64,000 nucleotides of DNA from Octopus sinensis (lineage: Eukaryota), in assembly GCF_006345805.1 (NCBI RefSeq), contig NC_043010.1:67580001-67644000 (forward strand), in the 5' to 3' direction. The translations under genes and the position numbers were made by a program. The notes beneath the pieces are model-generated. The model was given only the letters and a program-made list of their open reading frames with translations, was not told the origin of the DNA and ran no database searches. Shown one piece after another: positions 12,850 to 25,923 of this stretch (positions are counted from its first letter, which is position 1; each line of letters opens with the position of its first letter).

Positions 12850-13290
12850 ACTTATACAACGGGCTTCTTTCAGTTTCCGTCTACCAAATCCACTCACAAG
12901 GCTTTGATCAGCCCGAGGCTATAGCAGAAGATACTTGCCCAAGGTGCCACACAGTGGGACTGAACCCAGGATCATGTGGTTGGTAAGCAAGCTACTTACC
13001 ACACAGCCACTCCTGTGCCTATAAATATATTCAATATATATATGTATATATCTATGTGTATGTGTGTCTTTGTGTCTGTGTTTGTCCTCCCACTCCCCAT
13101 CAACTCTTGACAACTGGTGTTGGTGTGTTTATGTCCCTGTAACTCAACAGTTCGGTAAAAAAGGCCTAGTACTTATTCTAAGCACTAGGCTTATAAGAAT
13201 AAGTCCCGGTCTTGATTTGTTCGACTAAAACCCTTCAAGGTGGTGCTCCAGCATGGCCGCAGTCAGATGACTGAAGCAAGTAAAAGACTA
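12323..13290. mobile_element. Nested SINE-B(+) containing SINE-B(-), which contains a V-like SINE tail
   Basis: Plus head 12323-12500, minus tail 12510-12620, insert 12707-12805, minus head 12850-13020, plus tail 13060-13290. Confidence 0.75.
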
Positions 13291-13837
13291 AACAAATAAA
13301 AGAATACTGACACTAAAAACGCAGAGGTGCAAAACTCATCATCATCATCCTCATCATCATCATTTAATGACCCTTTTTCCACACTGGCATGGGTTGGTCC
13401 ATTTGACTGAACCCAGATGATTTGTTTATAGTGATCAAAATGTTTATGTAGACATAAGCTCACTCCCTCCATCAGATCAACATTACCTGCACAGGTGCAA
13501 CTGGGTGTCACATGTCAGATTTTGAAATGATTGTAGAGCAACGTGAAATGAAGTGCTTTGCTCAAGAACAAAATGCAGGGAATTGAAACCCTTGATCTCA
13601 CAATCATAAGTGCAATACCCTAACCACTAAGCCATGCATATATAGTTCAAATTTACAGAAAACAAAAAGTGGAAACCGGTGAGGGAACAACAGGTAGGTG
13701 TATTAGTTTGATGTTCGGGAAGAATAGAAAAGTCTTTGACATTTCAAGAAAGGATTGAGAGGAAAAAAATGGGAAGAACGGAAAAAAAAAAAAAAAAAAA
13801 AACAGAGAGAGAAAATGTGTAGGGATTAATGGTTCAT

Positions 13838-13996
13838 ATCATCATCATCATCGTTTAACGTCCGCTTTCCATGCTAGCATGGGTTGGACGGTTCAACTGG
13901 GGTCTGGGAAGCCAGAAGGCTGCACCAGGCCCAGTCAGATCTGGCAGTGTTTCTACAGCTGGATGCCCTTCCTAATGCCAACCACCCCGTGAGTGT
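13838..13996 (-). mobile_element. SINE-C 3' part
   Basis: Homologous to 63764-63915. Confidence 0.75.
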
Positions 13997-14025
13997 AGGT
14001 CATATATACACATATACATACATAT

Positions 14026-14132
<107 letters not shown>

Positions 14133-14782
14133 GTTGTATAGATATGTGTGTGTATATGTATGGGTGTGTATATAAATGTGTGTATGGGTTAGGGTTAGGT
14201 CTTCTTGTTTTGACATCATGTGATTGTTGTAAATGATTGTCACTGTCAAACAAGCAGTGTAATTTCTTTCCAATATTCTGTAAGAACATGTTTGGTCATG
14301 GGGGTAAATATTACCTTGCATGGAAACAGGTGAGTGTTGGTGACAGGAAGGGCATCCAGCTTAGAAAATCCGTCTCAGTAAACTCTGTCCAGCTCGTACA
14401 AGCATGGAAGAGTGGACATTAAAACAATGATGATGATGATAATGATGATGATGGTGGTGGTGGTGGTGATGAATTCTAATTTTGATTATAAATCTCTCTT
14501 CCATATCAATACATTCCACTGTCTCTTACCCCCCCCCCCACACACACACACACAACATCCACCAATCTGCCACAAAATTAAAACTTAATTACATGAATTT
14601 TATAGTAATCAAAATGGCTAATTAGATTCAGTGTTCCATTATTGCTGTTGTTTTAGATCAAGGTCAATTCTGATTCAGCACATCAACAAACCAATAATTA
14701 AAGGTGCTCCAGATGTGACCTTCCTTATATTTTATACACAATCTAGCTAAGATTATACTGTCCTCTACAATATGTCTATCTT

Positions 14783-15566
14783 TAGCACGCCGGGCGAAAT
14801 GCTTCACGGTATTTTGTCTGCCGTTACGTTCTGAGTTCAAATTCTGCCAAGGTCGACTTTACCTTTCGTCCTTTCAGGGTCGATAAATTAAGTACCAGTT
14901 ACACACGGGGGTCAATATAATCGACTTAATCCGTTTGTCTGTCCTTGTTTGTCCTCTCTGTGTTTAGCCCCTTGTGGGTAGTAAAGAAATAGGTATTTCG
15001 TCTGTCTTTACATTCTGAGTTCAAATTCTGCGGAGGTCGACTTTACCTTTCATCCTTTTCAGGGTCGATAAATTAAGTACCAGTTACACACAGGGGTCGA
15101 TATAATCGACTTAATCTGTTTGTCTGTCCTTGTTTGTCCTCTGTGTTTAGCCTCTTGTGGGTAGTAAAGAAATAGGTATTTCTTCTGTCTTTACATTCTG
15201 AGTTCAAATTCGCTGAGGTTGACTTTACCTTTCATCCTTTCAGGGTCGATAGATAAAGTACCAGTTGCACACTGGGGTTGATCTAATCGACTGGCCTCTT
15301 CACCAAAAATTTCGAGCCTTGTGCTGAGAGTAGAAAAGAATATATTTTTAAGGCATCGAGCTGGCAGAAACGTTAGCATGCTGGGCGAAATGCTTAGCAG
15401 TATTTTGTCTGCCGCTACATTCTGAGTTCAAATTCCGCCAAGGTCAACTTTGCCTTTCATTCTTTCGAGGTTGATAAATTAAGTACCAGTTGCACACTGG
15501 GGTTGATCTAATCGACTGGCTTCCTCACCAAAAATTTCAAGCCTTGTGCCTTGAGTAGAAAAGAGA
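14783..15566 (+). mobile_element. SINE-A trimer (head-B-B-A) followed by a monomer
   Basis: Trimer 14783-15340; monomer 15356-15566. Confidence 0.85.
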
Positions 15567-15786
15567 ATGTCTGTTCTTTTCTATGATAATAGTGCTTGGT
15601 TTGGGGGATATTTTGATTGCTAGAAACAGCAGCTAAAATGTTCCCTCCTTTGCAAACTAAGGCTTTTGGAGTCTGTTTAGATAAGTGGTTCTCAACCATT
15701 TTTTTACCTATGGACCCCTTCGGTGCCTCTTTTATTCAAGTGAAGCTTCATAACCATACAATGTTTGAAAAAACCCTATTATATTT

Positions 15787-16186
15787 TACTCTCTTTTACT
15801 CTTTTACTTGTTTCAGTCATTTGACTGTGGCCATGCTGGAGCACCGCCTGTAGTCGAGCAAATTCACCCCAGGACTTATTCTTTGGAAGCCTAGAACTTA
15901 TACTAATGGTCTCTTTTGCCGAACTGCTAAGTTACGGGGACGTAAACACACCAGCATCGGTTGTCAAGTGATATTGGGGGACAAACACTGACACACAAAC
16001 ATATACACACACATACATATATACGACGGGCTTCTTTCAGTTTCTGCCTACCAAATCCACTCACAAGACTTTGGTCGGTCTGAGGCTATAGTAGAAGACA
16101 CTTGCCCAAGGTACCATGCAGTGGGACTGAACCCAGAACCATCTGGTTCGTAAGCAAGCTACTTACCACTCAGCCACTCCTATGCC
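15787..16186 (-). mobile_element. SINE-B full length
   Basis: Reverse complement of family consensus. Confidence 0.9.
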
Positions 16187-17015
16187 TTTAATTTCTATAA
16201 TTAAATATTGGTTTCAAATTTTTAAACAAGGCCAACAATTTTGGGGGGAGGGGCTAAGTCAATTACATCAACCCTAGTACATAACTGGTATTTATTTTAT
16301 CAACCTTGTTAGAACAAAACTCAAAGCTGACCGTTGCAGAATTTGAGCTCAGAATGTAGAAAGTGACAAAACTGCCACCTAGTATTTTGCCAGGTGTGCT
16401 AACGAGTCTGCCAGGTGTATTAACGAGTCTGCCAGGTGTATTAACGAGTCTGCCAGCTCACCACTTTATAATTCAATCTTCTTTTATTCTTGTATTTGTT
16501 TCAGTCATCCTACTGCGGCCATGCTGGAGCACCGTATTTAGTCGAGCAAATCGACCCCAGGACTTATTCTTTGTAAGCCTAGTATTTATTCTATCAGTCT
16601 CTTTTGCTGAATCACTAAGTTACAGGACAGTCCTTTGCATTCCTTTGTGCAGGTATTGAGAACAGGACCATCTAGGGACCCAACTCTGATCCATGAATGT
16701 TGTTAATAAATAAATATGGGCCCTAGTGCATTGATTTGTCTGGAGGCCTATAAAGCTGCTTTGGGCCCTTATTTATGGGTTTCTCAAACTTAACACTGTT
16801 CTCGCTGGTCAACCATGACCTATGATTTAAGACATTCCAGTCATGACCATTTCATCTTTTTTGGTAGCTAGGAAGGACTACAGTATCTACTGTGTTCTGT
16901 CCTTATAGAAGACTAAGAGTGTGATAGAAGGGAAATTAGGCTCCTATTTCTAGCAAGTCAAACAACTATTATCCCTCATTGGCTCAGATCTGCCGCGCCA
17001 CCATATATATGTGTG

Positions 17016-17317
17016 TGTTTTTGTTTGTTCCTTCTCAAGCCATGCCTGGCTCATAAGGGCCGGTTTCCCGGTTTCCTTGGCATATAGGTTCCCCACCAGG
17101 ACGGGAGACCAGTCCATCACAGGTGAGCTGCAAGATGCAGGAGGAAAGAGTGAAAGTGTGGTGAAAGTGTCAGCAGAAGTTCACCACTACCTTCTGTCGA
17201 AGCCGCATGGAACTTAGGTGTTTTGCTCATAAACACACATATCGCCTGGTCTGAGATTCGAACCCACGATCCCTCGACCGCGAGTCCGCTGCTCTAACCA
17301 CTCTTCTATGTGCCTCC
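17016..17317 (-). mobile_element. SINE-D head joined to a V-domain-like tail
   Basis: Same head as 21873; tail GATGGACTGG..CCCGTCC matches insert at 12707-12805. Confidence 0.7.
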
Positions 17318-17920
17318 ACACACACACCACACACACACATATATATATATCAATAGATTGATAGATATACATATAGGTATATGTATATCTATCTATCTAT
17401 CGATATATATATAATTAGTAATATTAGATGCTTTCAGAAAAGGGGTAGTTTTGTTACTGATGACTGGTCTGATCCCAGAAAAAAAAAAAACTGGAATGCA
17501 TTTTATCCAACAAACCAGATTCACATTCAGTCGATATATGATGGGGAAACTCAATCCACAGCCAGCTGCTACCTGCATCTTGTCTACTCTGAGAATATGA
17601 GAAGTCTAGTCTCTATAAGGTGGAATTACAACAGCTGCTATGCTAACTAGAAATTCTAGAAATTGCACATGAGTGCAGATGTGGCTGTGTGGTTAAAAAG
17701 TAAGCTTGCTTTCAAAAGTGTGGTCTGAGGTTCAATCCCATTGTGCGGTACCTTGGACAAATGTCTCCTACTATAGCCCCGTGCTGTCATAGGTTGGACA
17801 ATTTGACAAGATCCAACAAGCTGGAGAACCAATCTTGTGCTCTAAAGTCTACTTTGGCATGATAATGTGGTGTGTAAAATGGTCAGTTATTTATGGCCAC
17901 TGTACATACACACACACACA

Positions 17921-17970
<50 letters not shown>

Positions 17971-18029
17971 ACACACAAACACACACACACACACACACAC
18001 ACATGATATTTATATTATATATTAGTTCA

Positions 18030-18609
18030 AGGCAGCAAGCTGGCAGAAACGTTAGCACACTGAGCGAAATGCTTAACAGTATTTCGTCTGCCACTTCGTT
18101 CTGAGTTCAAATTCCGCCGAGGTCGACTTTGCCTTTCATCCTTTCGGGGTCAATTAAATAAGTACCAGTTATGCACTGGGGTCGATATTATCGACTTAAT
18201 CCGTTTGTCTGTCCTTGTTTGTCCTCTCTGTGTTTAACCCCTTGTGGGTAGTAAAGAAATAGGTATTTCATCTGTTGCTACATTCTGAGTTCAAATTCTG
18301 CCATGGTCGACTTTGCCTTTCATCCTTTCGGGGTCGATAAATTAAGTACCAGTTATGCACTGGGGTCGATGTAATTGACTTAATCCATTTGTCTGTCCTT
18401 GTTTGTTCCCTCTGTGTTTAGCCCCTTGTGGGCAGTAAAGAAATAGGTATTTCATCTGTCTTTACATTCTGAGTTCAATTTTGCCAAGGTGACCTTTGCC
18501 TTTCATCCTTTCGGGGTCGATAAATTAAGTTCCAGTTGCATACTGGGGTCGATCTAATCGACTGGCCCCCTCCTCAAAAATTTCGAGCCTTGTGCCTAAA
18601 GTAGAAAAG
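18030..18609 (+). mobile_element. SINE-A trimer (head-B-B-A) with 16-bp TSD
   Basis: ATTATATATTAGTTCA at 18014-18029 and 18610-18625. Confidence 0.9.
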
Positions 18610-18894
18610 ATTATATATTAGTTCACTCAGTTGTAAATAGGTAGCCCAGCAAAGGACTGGCATCTGTTTAGGGGTAATGTTGGCCTACCCACATAAAGTC
18701 TGTGGGGTGGAATCATTTGGAAACTACAACAATGCAATGAAGGGCAATGTAAAGAGTGGTGAATAACATCTGAAAGTTTGATTCCCCTCTGAAATGGAGA
18801 TGAGCACCAACACTTCCATATGGTACACTTGAGCATTTACGAAGCTCTCTTCACATGAAACCATTGGTAGCCTTGTTAACTCTCAAATAAAGTT

Positions 18895-18944
<50 letters not shown>

Positions 18945-19227
18945 CATACATACATACATACATACATACATACATACATACATACATACATACCCTCTCT
19001 CTCTTTTGGAGAGGCACTGAGCAGCTATACGCACACATACACACACGGCAGTAACTTCCACCTACCGAATTCAATCACAAAGCTCCGGTCGGCTCGGGGC
19101 TATAGTGGAAGACACCTACCCAAAGTGCCACGCAGTGGGACTGAACCCGAAACCAAGTAGCTAGGAAGCAAGCTCCCTAACCACACAGCCATGCCTGCAC
19201 CTACATATCATCATCATCATCATCATC

Positions 19228-19263
<36 letters not shown>

Positions 19264-21334
19264 CAATAATAATAAAGGGTAAAATTAATTAATCAATTTA
19301 TAATTAATAATCTTACCAAGTAGTTCGGTATGTTAAAAGAACCATTATCAGTAAACTTATACAAAAATTATTATAATTATAAACCTAATTATAATTAGGG
19401 TTTAGCAACATTGCTTCCCCACATACTGAAATTTAGAAATAGCAGTTGAATACTATTCTACTACCATAAGATATCTCCCAGACAACAATACTCTCAACTC
19501 ACGCAGGTAAAGAGAAAAAAAAACTATTGATAGTCAAAACCAGGTTGATTCGTTATTTTTTTCTCTTTTAGAAACACAGACACAAAGACCCATGGTGAGG
19601 TGAATAAACTGTTGTCTAAATTATTGCAAAAATGCATGCACATTCTTGCGCATGTATGTAGATAATAAAGCAGACCAGTAATAATGGTCTGATTATTGGA
19701 ATATTCATATAACTAGATATAAGTTTCATAAACTGCAAAATATAAATATGCACACTACCACACCTGAAACGTACCTTTTATAAATCTTTATCTTGATTTG
19801 AATGTATGGTGAAGGTATTTAGAATGGCCAAACTTATTTCTGCAAATGGGCTAAGCTCTGATGCTGATCATAGTTTAATCAATAAGCGTAGGAGCAGGTC
19901 AGGGGTCCTCATTGAAGCAGCCCTTCAGAAATTGAACCTCCTTCCGATACTCCCTGAGAGTTCATGGTATTAAATTCATTGTCATTGCTCTGATTTGGTC
20001 GCCAATGCCATGTATTTAGTTTAAAATACAGTAAAAATAGGGGTGGGGAGCAGTGGGGGCCGCAATTAAGTGGTCCTTAAAAAGATAGATCCCTGCGCCT
20101 TAGGACATTCCCTGGGAGTAGGGGAGTTGCTAATTTGAGTTTCGTTGTCCTTGCACCAACAGTCTAGGAGGAGTTAACAAGCATAAAAACGTAATGGACA
20201 GAGAAACATCCCTCAAATTTATAATGGGACTAACCTGGGGAGCCTTATATATGGTCAGGTCATCGAACCTGCTAGAAATAGCAACCAAATCTTTCCAAAA
20301 TTACACTGTTTCTTTAGATAAGACATGAAGCTATTTTAAAGAAAAGAGCAAGTGGTGTTAAGTGATTACCATAACATTGATTTCTTAGCCAACAGCCAGG
20401 GGCCAAAGTAGAAAATACTTGCATAAGGTGGGATTGAACCTGGAACCATGTGGTTGAAAAGCAGACTTCCTCAACCACACAACCACACAAGATTATTGGG
20501 CTGCTTATTATTGGCTGAGTTGTTTGGGTCCTATATATGGTAATTTACCATGTTAGAAGTAGCAACCAAATCTTTCCACAATCAAATCCTACCATCTTAA
20601 AAGCTATGTAGTTCTGGATATACAGAAAGCCTCACAAGTTCCCATATTTTAAAAAATGGTTGAGATTGACCAGCTTTTGTGTTTTTCTTAAAAGGTAACA
20701 AAAACAGAAGTGAAAAAGAACTAAAACCAGATTACACATTCAGTCCATCAAGAGCTCACCTACATTCCATAATGCATCATTCAAATATATTTGTATTGCT
20801 GGTTTTCACTCCAGAATTAATCATCATACTCTTTACTCTCTTTTACTTGTTTCAGTCATTTGACGGTGGCCATGCTGGAGCACTGCGTTTAGTCGAGCAA
20901 ATCGACCCCAGGACTTGCGCACACACACACGTACACAAGCACAAACACTCACACACACACACACTATACAACACTCCTGCGCTAAAGATTAATCACGGAT
21001 GAAGAGTGCAAGGGAGATAATCCACGTAAAATGCAAGAGAGGTAATTTCATGTAAGGGAGATAATTCCTATCATGCAATAAAATGTCCGTGAAATATTGC
21101 CATTTAGCCCCAGGTCGACCCTGAATCAACAGACATGTGATCAAAAGCATTACATTCGTGACATCATCATTGTGTCCACCACAACCAATACCACTGCCGC
21201 CATCCGCTGACTAATCAGTCAATCAATCAATCAATCAATCAATCAACCAATCAACCAATCTATCTATCTGTCTGTCTGTGTCTGTCTGTCTGTGTCTGTC
21301 TGCCTGTCTGTCTGTCTGCCAGTCTGTTGGTCTG

Positions 21335-21419
<85 letters not shown>

Positions 21420-21573
21420 GTCTATCTATCTATCTATCTCCCTGTCTGTCTATCTATCTGTCTGTCTGTCTGCCTGTCCACCTGTCTGTCTGTATGTGCG
21501 TGTGTGTGTATGTGAAATTGCATGGAAACCTGCTACACACACACACACACACACACATACACACACATATACA

Positions 21574-21793
21574 CGAGGGGATGTTGAAACGATCCTGGCT
21601 TTAAGGGTATCGCAAAAGGCCTGGTTGGAAACCCAACATTCTGAGTTCTTTTACAGGGCTTAGAAAAACTGAAGGACCGCCGCATAAGTGTGTGAATCCC
21701 AAAGCGGATATGAATATGTTGAATAAAATCATGATTAGCTGATCCTCCTGTATTTTCTTTCACCCAAAACAAGGAACTTTTCAGCACCCCTTG
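21574..21793 (+). mobile_element. Mariner-derived MITE, second copy
   Basis: Homologous to 4892-5107 along its length. Confidence 0.75.
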
Positions 21794-21811
21794 AAACAAG
21801 TAAAAGAATAA

Positions 21812-21844
<33 letters not shown>

Positions 21845-21872
21845 TGTATGTATATGTATGGATGTATGTGAA

Positions 21873-22247
21873 GGCGCAATGGCCCAGTGTTTAGGGCAGC
21901 GGACTCGTGGTCGTGGGATCACGGTTTCGATTTCCAGGCCGGGCGTTGTGAGTGTTTATTGAGCAAAAACATCTAAAACTCCACGAGGCTCCGGCAGGGG
22001 TTGGTGGCGATCCCTGCTGTACTCTTTCACCACAACTTTCTCTCACTCTTTCTTCCTGTTTCTGTTGTACCTGTATTTCAAAGGGTCACCCTTGTCGCAC
22101 TCTGTGTTATGCTGAATCTCCCCGAGATCTACGTTAAGGGTAGACATGCCTGTGGATTGCTCAGTCACTTGAACGTTAATTTCACGAGCAAGCTGTTCCG
22201 TTGATCGGACCAACTGGAACACTCATCGTCATAACCGATGGAGTGCC
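21873..22247 (+). mobile_element. SINE-D (tRNA-derived head)
   Basis: A-box TGGCCCAGTG, B-box GGTTTCGATTTCC; its 3' part recurs at about 44945-45105. Confidence 0.75.
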
Positions 22248-22262
22248 ATCTATGTATGTATG

Positions 22263-22917
22263 GATGGATAGATGGATATGTGCAGATTTCTATGTTTTGC
22301 TTTATGTCTGTATTCTTATGCATATAGTTGCATATCTAGACATGCTCATATATATTTAAATGATAAACTTCTGGAAAGTTTTACCGAATTTTACAATTCT
22401 AGTGATGGATTGGATCTGCAGTCTTCGAGTCAGCTTTCTCCTTTCTGGTTTTGAGAAGCCTAATTTCTCAAGATTGGTATTCAGGCAGTGTGTTACATAT
22501 TCCAGGGCCCCAATAATTACAGGTATAAACCTGAACTTGTAACCTGGATAGAGTAACTGCAGATTTCTCAATAGTTCAGCATAAGTGTTCTCTTTTTCAC
22601 TGATCTTCAGCTTCATGTTAACATCCGTTGAGCAGCTAATTTCCACAACTATGCACAGTTTCTCTTCACTATCCCAAATCATTATGTCTGGTCTGTTGTG
22701 CTTACATTTTATTGAGGTCTTCACTGGGACATTCCACCAGGAGATCCTTCATATTATGAGTGGCTCTGCCTTCTGCCATACTGTGGGTTCTTATTTCGTC
22801 CTCAGGATTATGCTTCCGATAGATTTCATTATAGAGTGTCCTACCTATAACATCTTGCCTCATTGATAGATAATACCATGATGACATTTTCGGACAACTG
22901 CTTACGATGTGGGTGAT
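22263..22917 (-). mobile_element. 5'-truncated R4/Dong-clade (RLE-type) non-LTR retrotransposon 3' end
   Basis: HIVSSCP..YLSMRQD (CCHC remnant), then HNRPDIMIWD..IVVEISCS..K..KE..Y..IPVIIGAL restriction-like endonuclease (ORF 22356..22724); 15-bp direct repeat ATCTATGTATGTATG at 22248-22262 and 22918-22932. Confidence 0.85.
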
Positions 22918-23194
22918 ATCTATGTATGTATGTTTATATGTATGTATACATGTATGTGTTAGTGTGTGCATGTGTGTGTGTGTGTTGTGTGTGTGTGTGT
23001 GTTGTGTGTGTGTGTGGTGTGTGTATTGTGTGTTTGTCCCACATCACTACTTGACGACCAGTGTTGGCTTGTTCACACTTCAAATACTAGGTTTTGATTC
23101 CCTTAACTACGCCCTTCAAGGTGTTGCCCCAGCATGGTCGCCGTGTAAGGACCTCAATAAGTAAAACAAATAAATTATAAAAATTGTATATATA

Positions 23195-23242
<48 letters not shown>

Positions 23243-23311
23243 TAGACAGACAGTTAGACAGACAGATAGATTGACAGACAGATAGATTGACAGACAGACA
23301 GACACACAGAC

Positions 23312-23405
<94 letters not shown>

Positions 23406-23475
23406 GCAGATCGATCAATATATAGATTGATCGATAGATAGATAGGTAGATAGATGGAGAGAGAGAGAGGGAGAA

Positions 23476-23942
23476 TCATCATCATTGTTCGACTGTGGTC
23501 GAGACAATGGAATTTACCATGTTGCGCCAGACTTCACGGTCCATCATAGCATTACGGAGGTTCTGTTGCTGGATGCCTGTATCCCTGGAGATTACATCAG
23601 GGTAGGAGAGTGTGCGCCGTCTGGTGTTGCGAGTAGATGGCTTCCAGAGGAGAAGAGTAGAAATTACTTCTTTTTCAGCTCTACAACAATGTCCAGCAAA
23701 CTGGACTCTCCTACCTTTCACAAGAGATGACACAGGTGGTAATTTCCCATATATTTGCGTTTTAGTTGGATGGCGCCTCCACGAGAGATTTTGAGCTCTC
23801 ATAAGGAGGCGAGTGTAGGTTCCATCCAACCGCCTCTCAAGCTTCTTTGATAACGTCCAGGTTTCTGAGCCATATAGTGGGATTGGTTCGACTGTGGCTT
23901 TGAATATTTCAAGTTTGAAGTCTCTACTTAGATTTGGATTTG
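23476..23942 (-). mobile_element. 5'-truncated RTE-type LINE 3' fragment
   Basis: KLEIFKATVEPIPLYGSETWTL..RRVQFAGHC..DREVWR post-RT motifs; short (TGA)n tail; 11-bp TSD GAGAGGGAGAA at 23465-23475 and 23943-23953. Confidence 0.85.
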
Positions 23943-24470
23943 GAGAGGGAGAAAGAGAGAGAGTTTGATTTAGTTCCATATGACTCGAAGTTTCGTGGGG
24001 GTGTAGGACGAATCGATCTCTTCCGTCATAAGGGTCCACGAAACTTAGATTATAGAAAGCTGAGTCAAGCTGTTTTTAAATAATATAACAGGCGTATGTT
24101 CAAACTCCACCGAGGTCGACTTTGCCTTTCATCCTTCCGGGGTCGATAAATTAAATACCAGTTACATTCTGGAGTCGATCTAATCGACTGTCACCACTCC
24201 CCCCAAATTTCTGGCCTTGTGCCTAGAGTAGAAAAGAATGTCTATGCATCCATTACAGAGTAGCCTCCCTTTAAAATGTAGTTTTATATTTTGTACTTCG
24301 TATCGCACAAAAGCACGAAGGGAAGCTACTCTGGAATATATTCTTAAGTATGATTACTAAATGAATCGCTAAAACATTCATTTTCATGAAATAACATTTC
24401 GTAATAGATACGAAAACCTATTTCAAAACTACATCCGACAATCAGAGCTATTACTGTTAACTAACACGCA

Positions 24471-24656
24471 GCCGTAGGAGTGGCTGTGTGGTAAATAGCT
24501 TGCTTATGAACCACATGGTTCCGGGTTCAGTCCCACTGCATGCCACCTTGAGTAATTGCCTTCTACTATAGCCTCGAGCCAACCAAAGCCTTGTGAGTGG
24601 ATTTTGTTGACGGAAACTGAAAGAAGCCCGTCGTATATGTGTTATATATGTATATG

Positions 24657-24740
<84 letters not shown>

Positions 24741-24978
24741 TGTATGTGTGTGTGCGTGTATATGTTTTGTGTCTCTGTGTTTGTTCCCCCCAACCATCGC
24801 TTGACAAACCGATGCTGGTGTGTTTACGTCCCCGTAATTAGCAGTTCGGCAAAAGAGACAGAATAAGTACTAGGCTTACAAAGAATAAGTCCCGGGGTCG
24901 ATATGCTCGACTATAAAGGTGGTGCTCCAGCATGGCGACAGTCAAATGAATGAAACAAGTAAAAGAGTAAAAGAGTAA
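24471..24978 (+). mobile_element. SINE-B full length
   Basis: Head, expanded (TA)n, tail. Confidence 0.9.
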
Positions 24979-25203
24979 CATAAAACATGTAAGATATTTC
25001 GTTTTTGTATTTGGTTTGCAAGATTCTTTATGTGAATTCGTGTATTGAAGCATATTTCATTGTGTCTGGGAAGAGTTATCCTCTTATTACTTAACATACT
25101 CACCGGTTCGATTTCCACTCATCTAGTTATTTATTTATGTTTATTTGTTTGTTTACTTATAAGTAAATGAGTGAAAATCGAACCGGTGAGTGTGTTAAGT
25201 AAT

Positions 25204-25242
<39 letters not shown>

Positions 25243-25568
25243 AGAAGGAGAGAGAGAGAGAAGGAGAGAGAGAGGAGAGGGAGAAGAGAGAGAGAGGAGA
25301 GGAAGATAGGAGGAGGAGAGAGAGAGAGGTTGAGGAGAGAGAGAAGAGAGGAGTGAGAGAGAGAGGAGAGATAAGAGAGAGAGAGAGATATGGAGTGTTT
25401 GTATTAGTTTCAGTGATGGATTGACAGAGAGAACAAAATACCTGGTGGTTCATTACAATCTTAGTTCAAATTTCGTCAGCTTCTACTTAGCTTTTCATTT
25501 TTTTCAGGGGTCAATAAACCAATCATCGGATCTTTACTGGAAATCAATAAAAATAATCGTCTACATCA

Positions 25569-25787
25569 AGGCGGCGAGCTGGTGGACTAGTTAGCACTCC
25601 GGGCGAAATGCTTACCGGTATTTCGTCTGCCGTTACGTTCTGAGTTCAAATTCCCCCGAGGTCGACTTTGCCTTTCATCCTTTCGGGATCGATAAATTAA
25701 GTGCCAGTTGCGTACTGGGGTCGATCTAATCGTCTGGCCCCCACCTCTCAAAAATTTCGGGCCTTGTGCCTAGAGTAAAAAGGAAAA
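25569..25787 (+). mobile_element. SINE-A monomer
   Basis: Head, core, A tail. Other monomers or fragments at about 16205-16462(-), 24097-24237(+), 26024-26191(-), 30689-30818(+), 38884-39087(-), 53206-53429(+), 58868-59006(+). Confidence 0.85.
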
Positions 25788-25923
25788 GAATATAATTGTC
25801 TACATCCAATCCCTACTACTACTACTACTACTACTTACTACTACTGACTGCTGCTTACTGCTTTGTCCCATCTTTTTATTTTTCTTCATCTTGTTTTTTA
25901 GTGTGGTGTTCGCATGCGTTGCC

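Noticed and set aside
21873-21945. tRNA-like sequences here and in other SINE heads
   Set aside because: A and B boxes present but no complete cloverleaf; each continues into a SINE body
24256-24333. 16-bp inverted repeat (mini-MITE)
   Set aside because: Real but only one TA flank and no second copy; too little to classify
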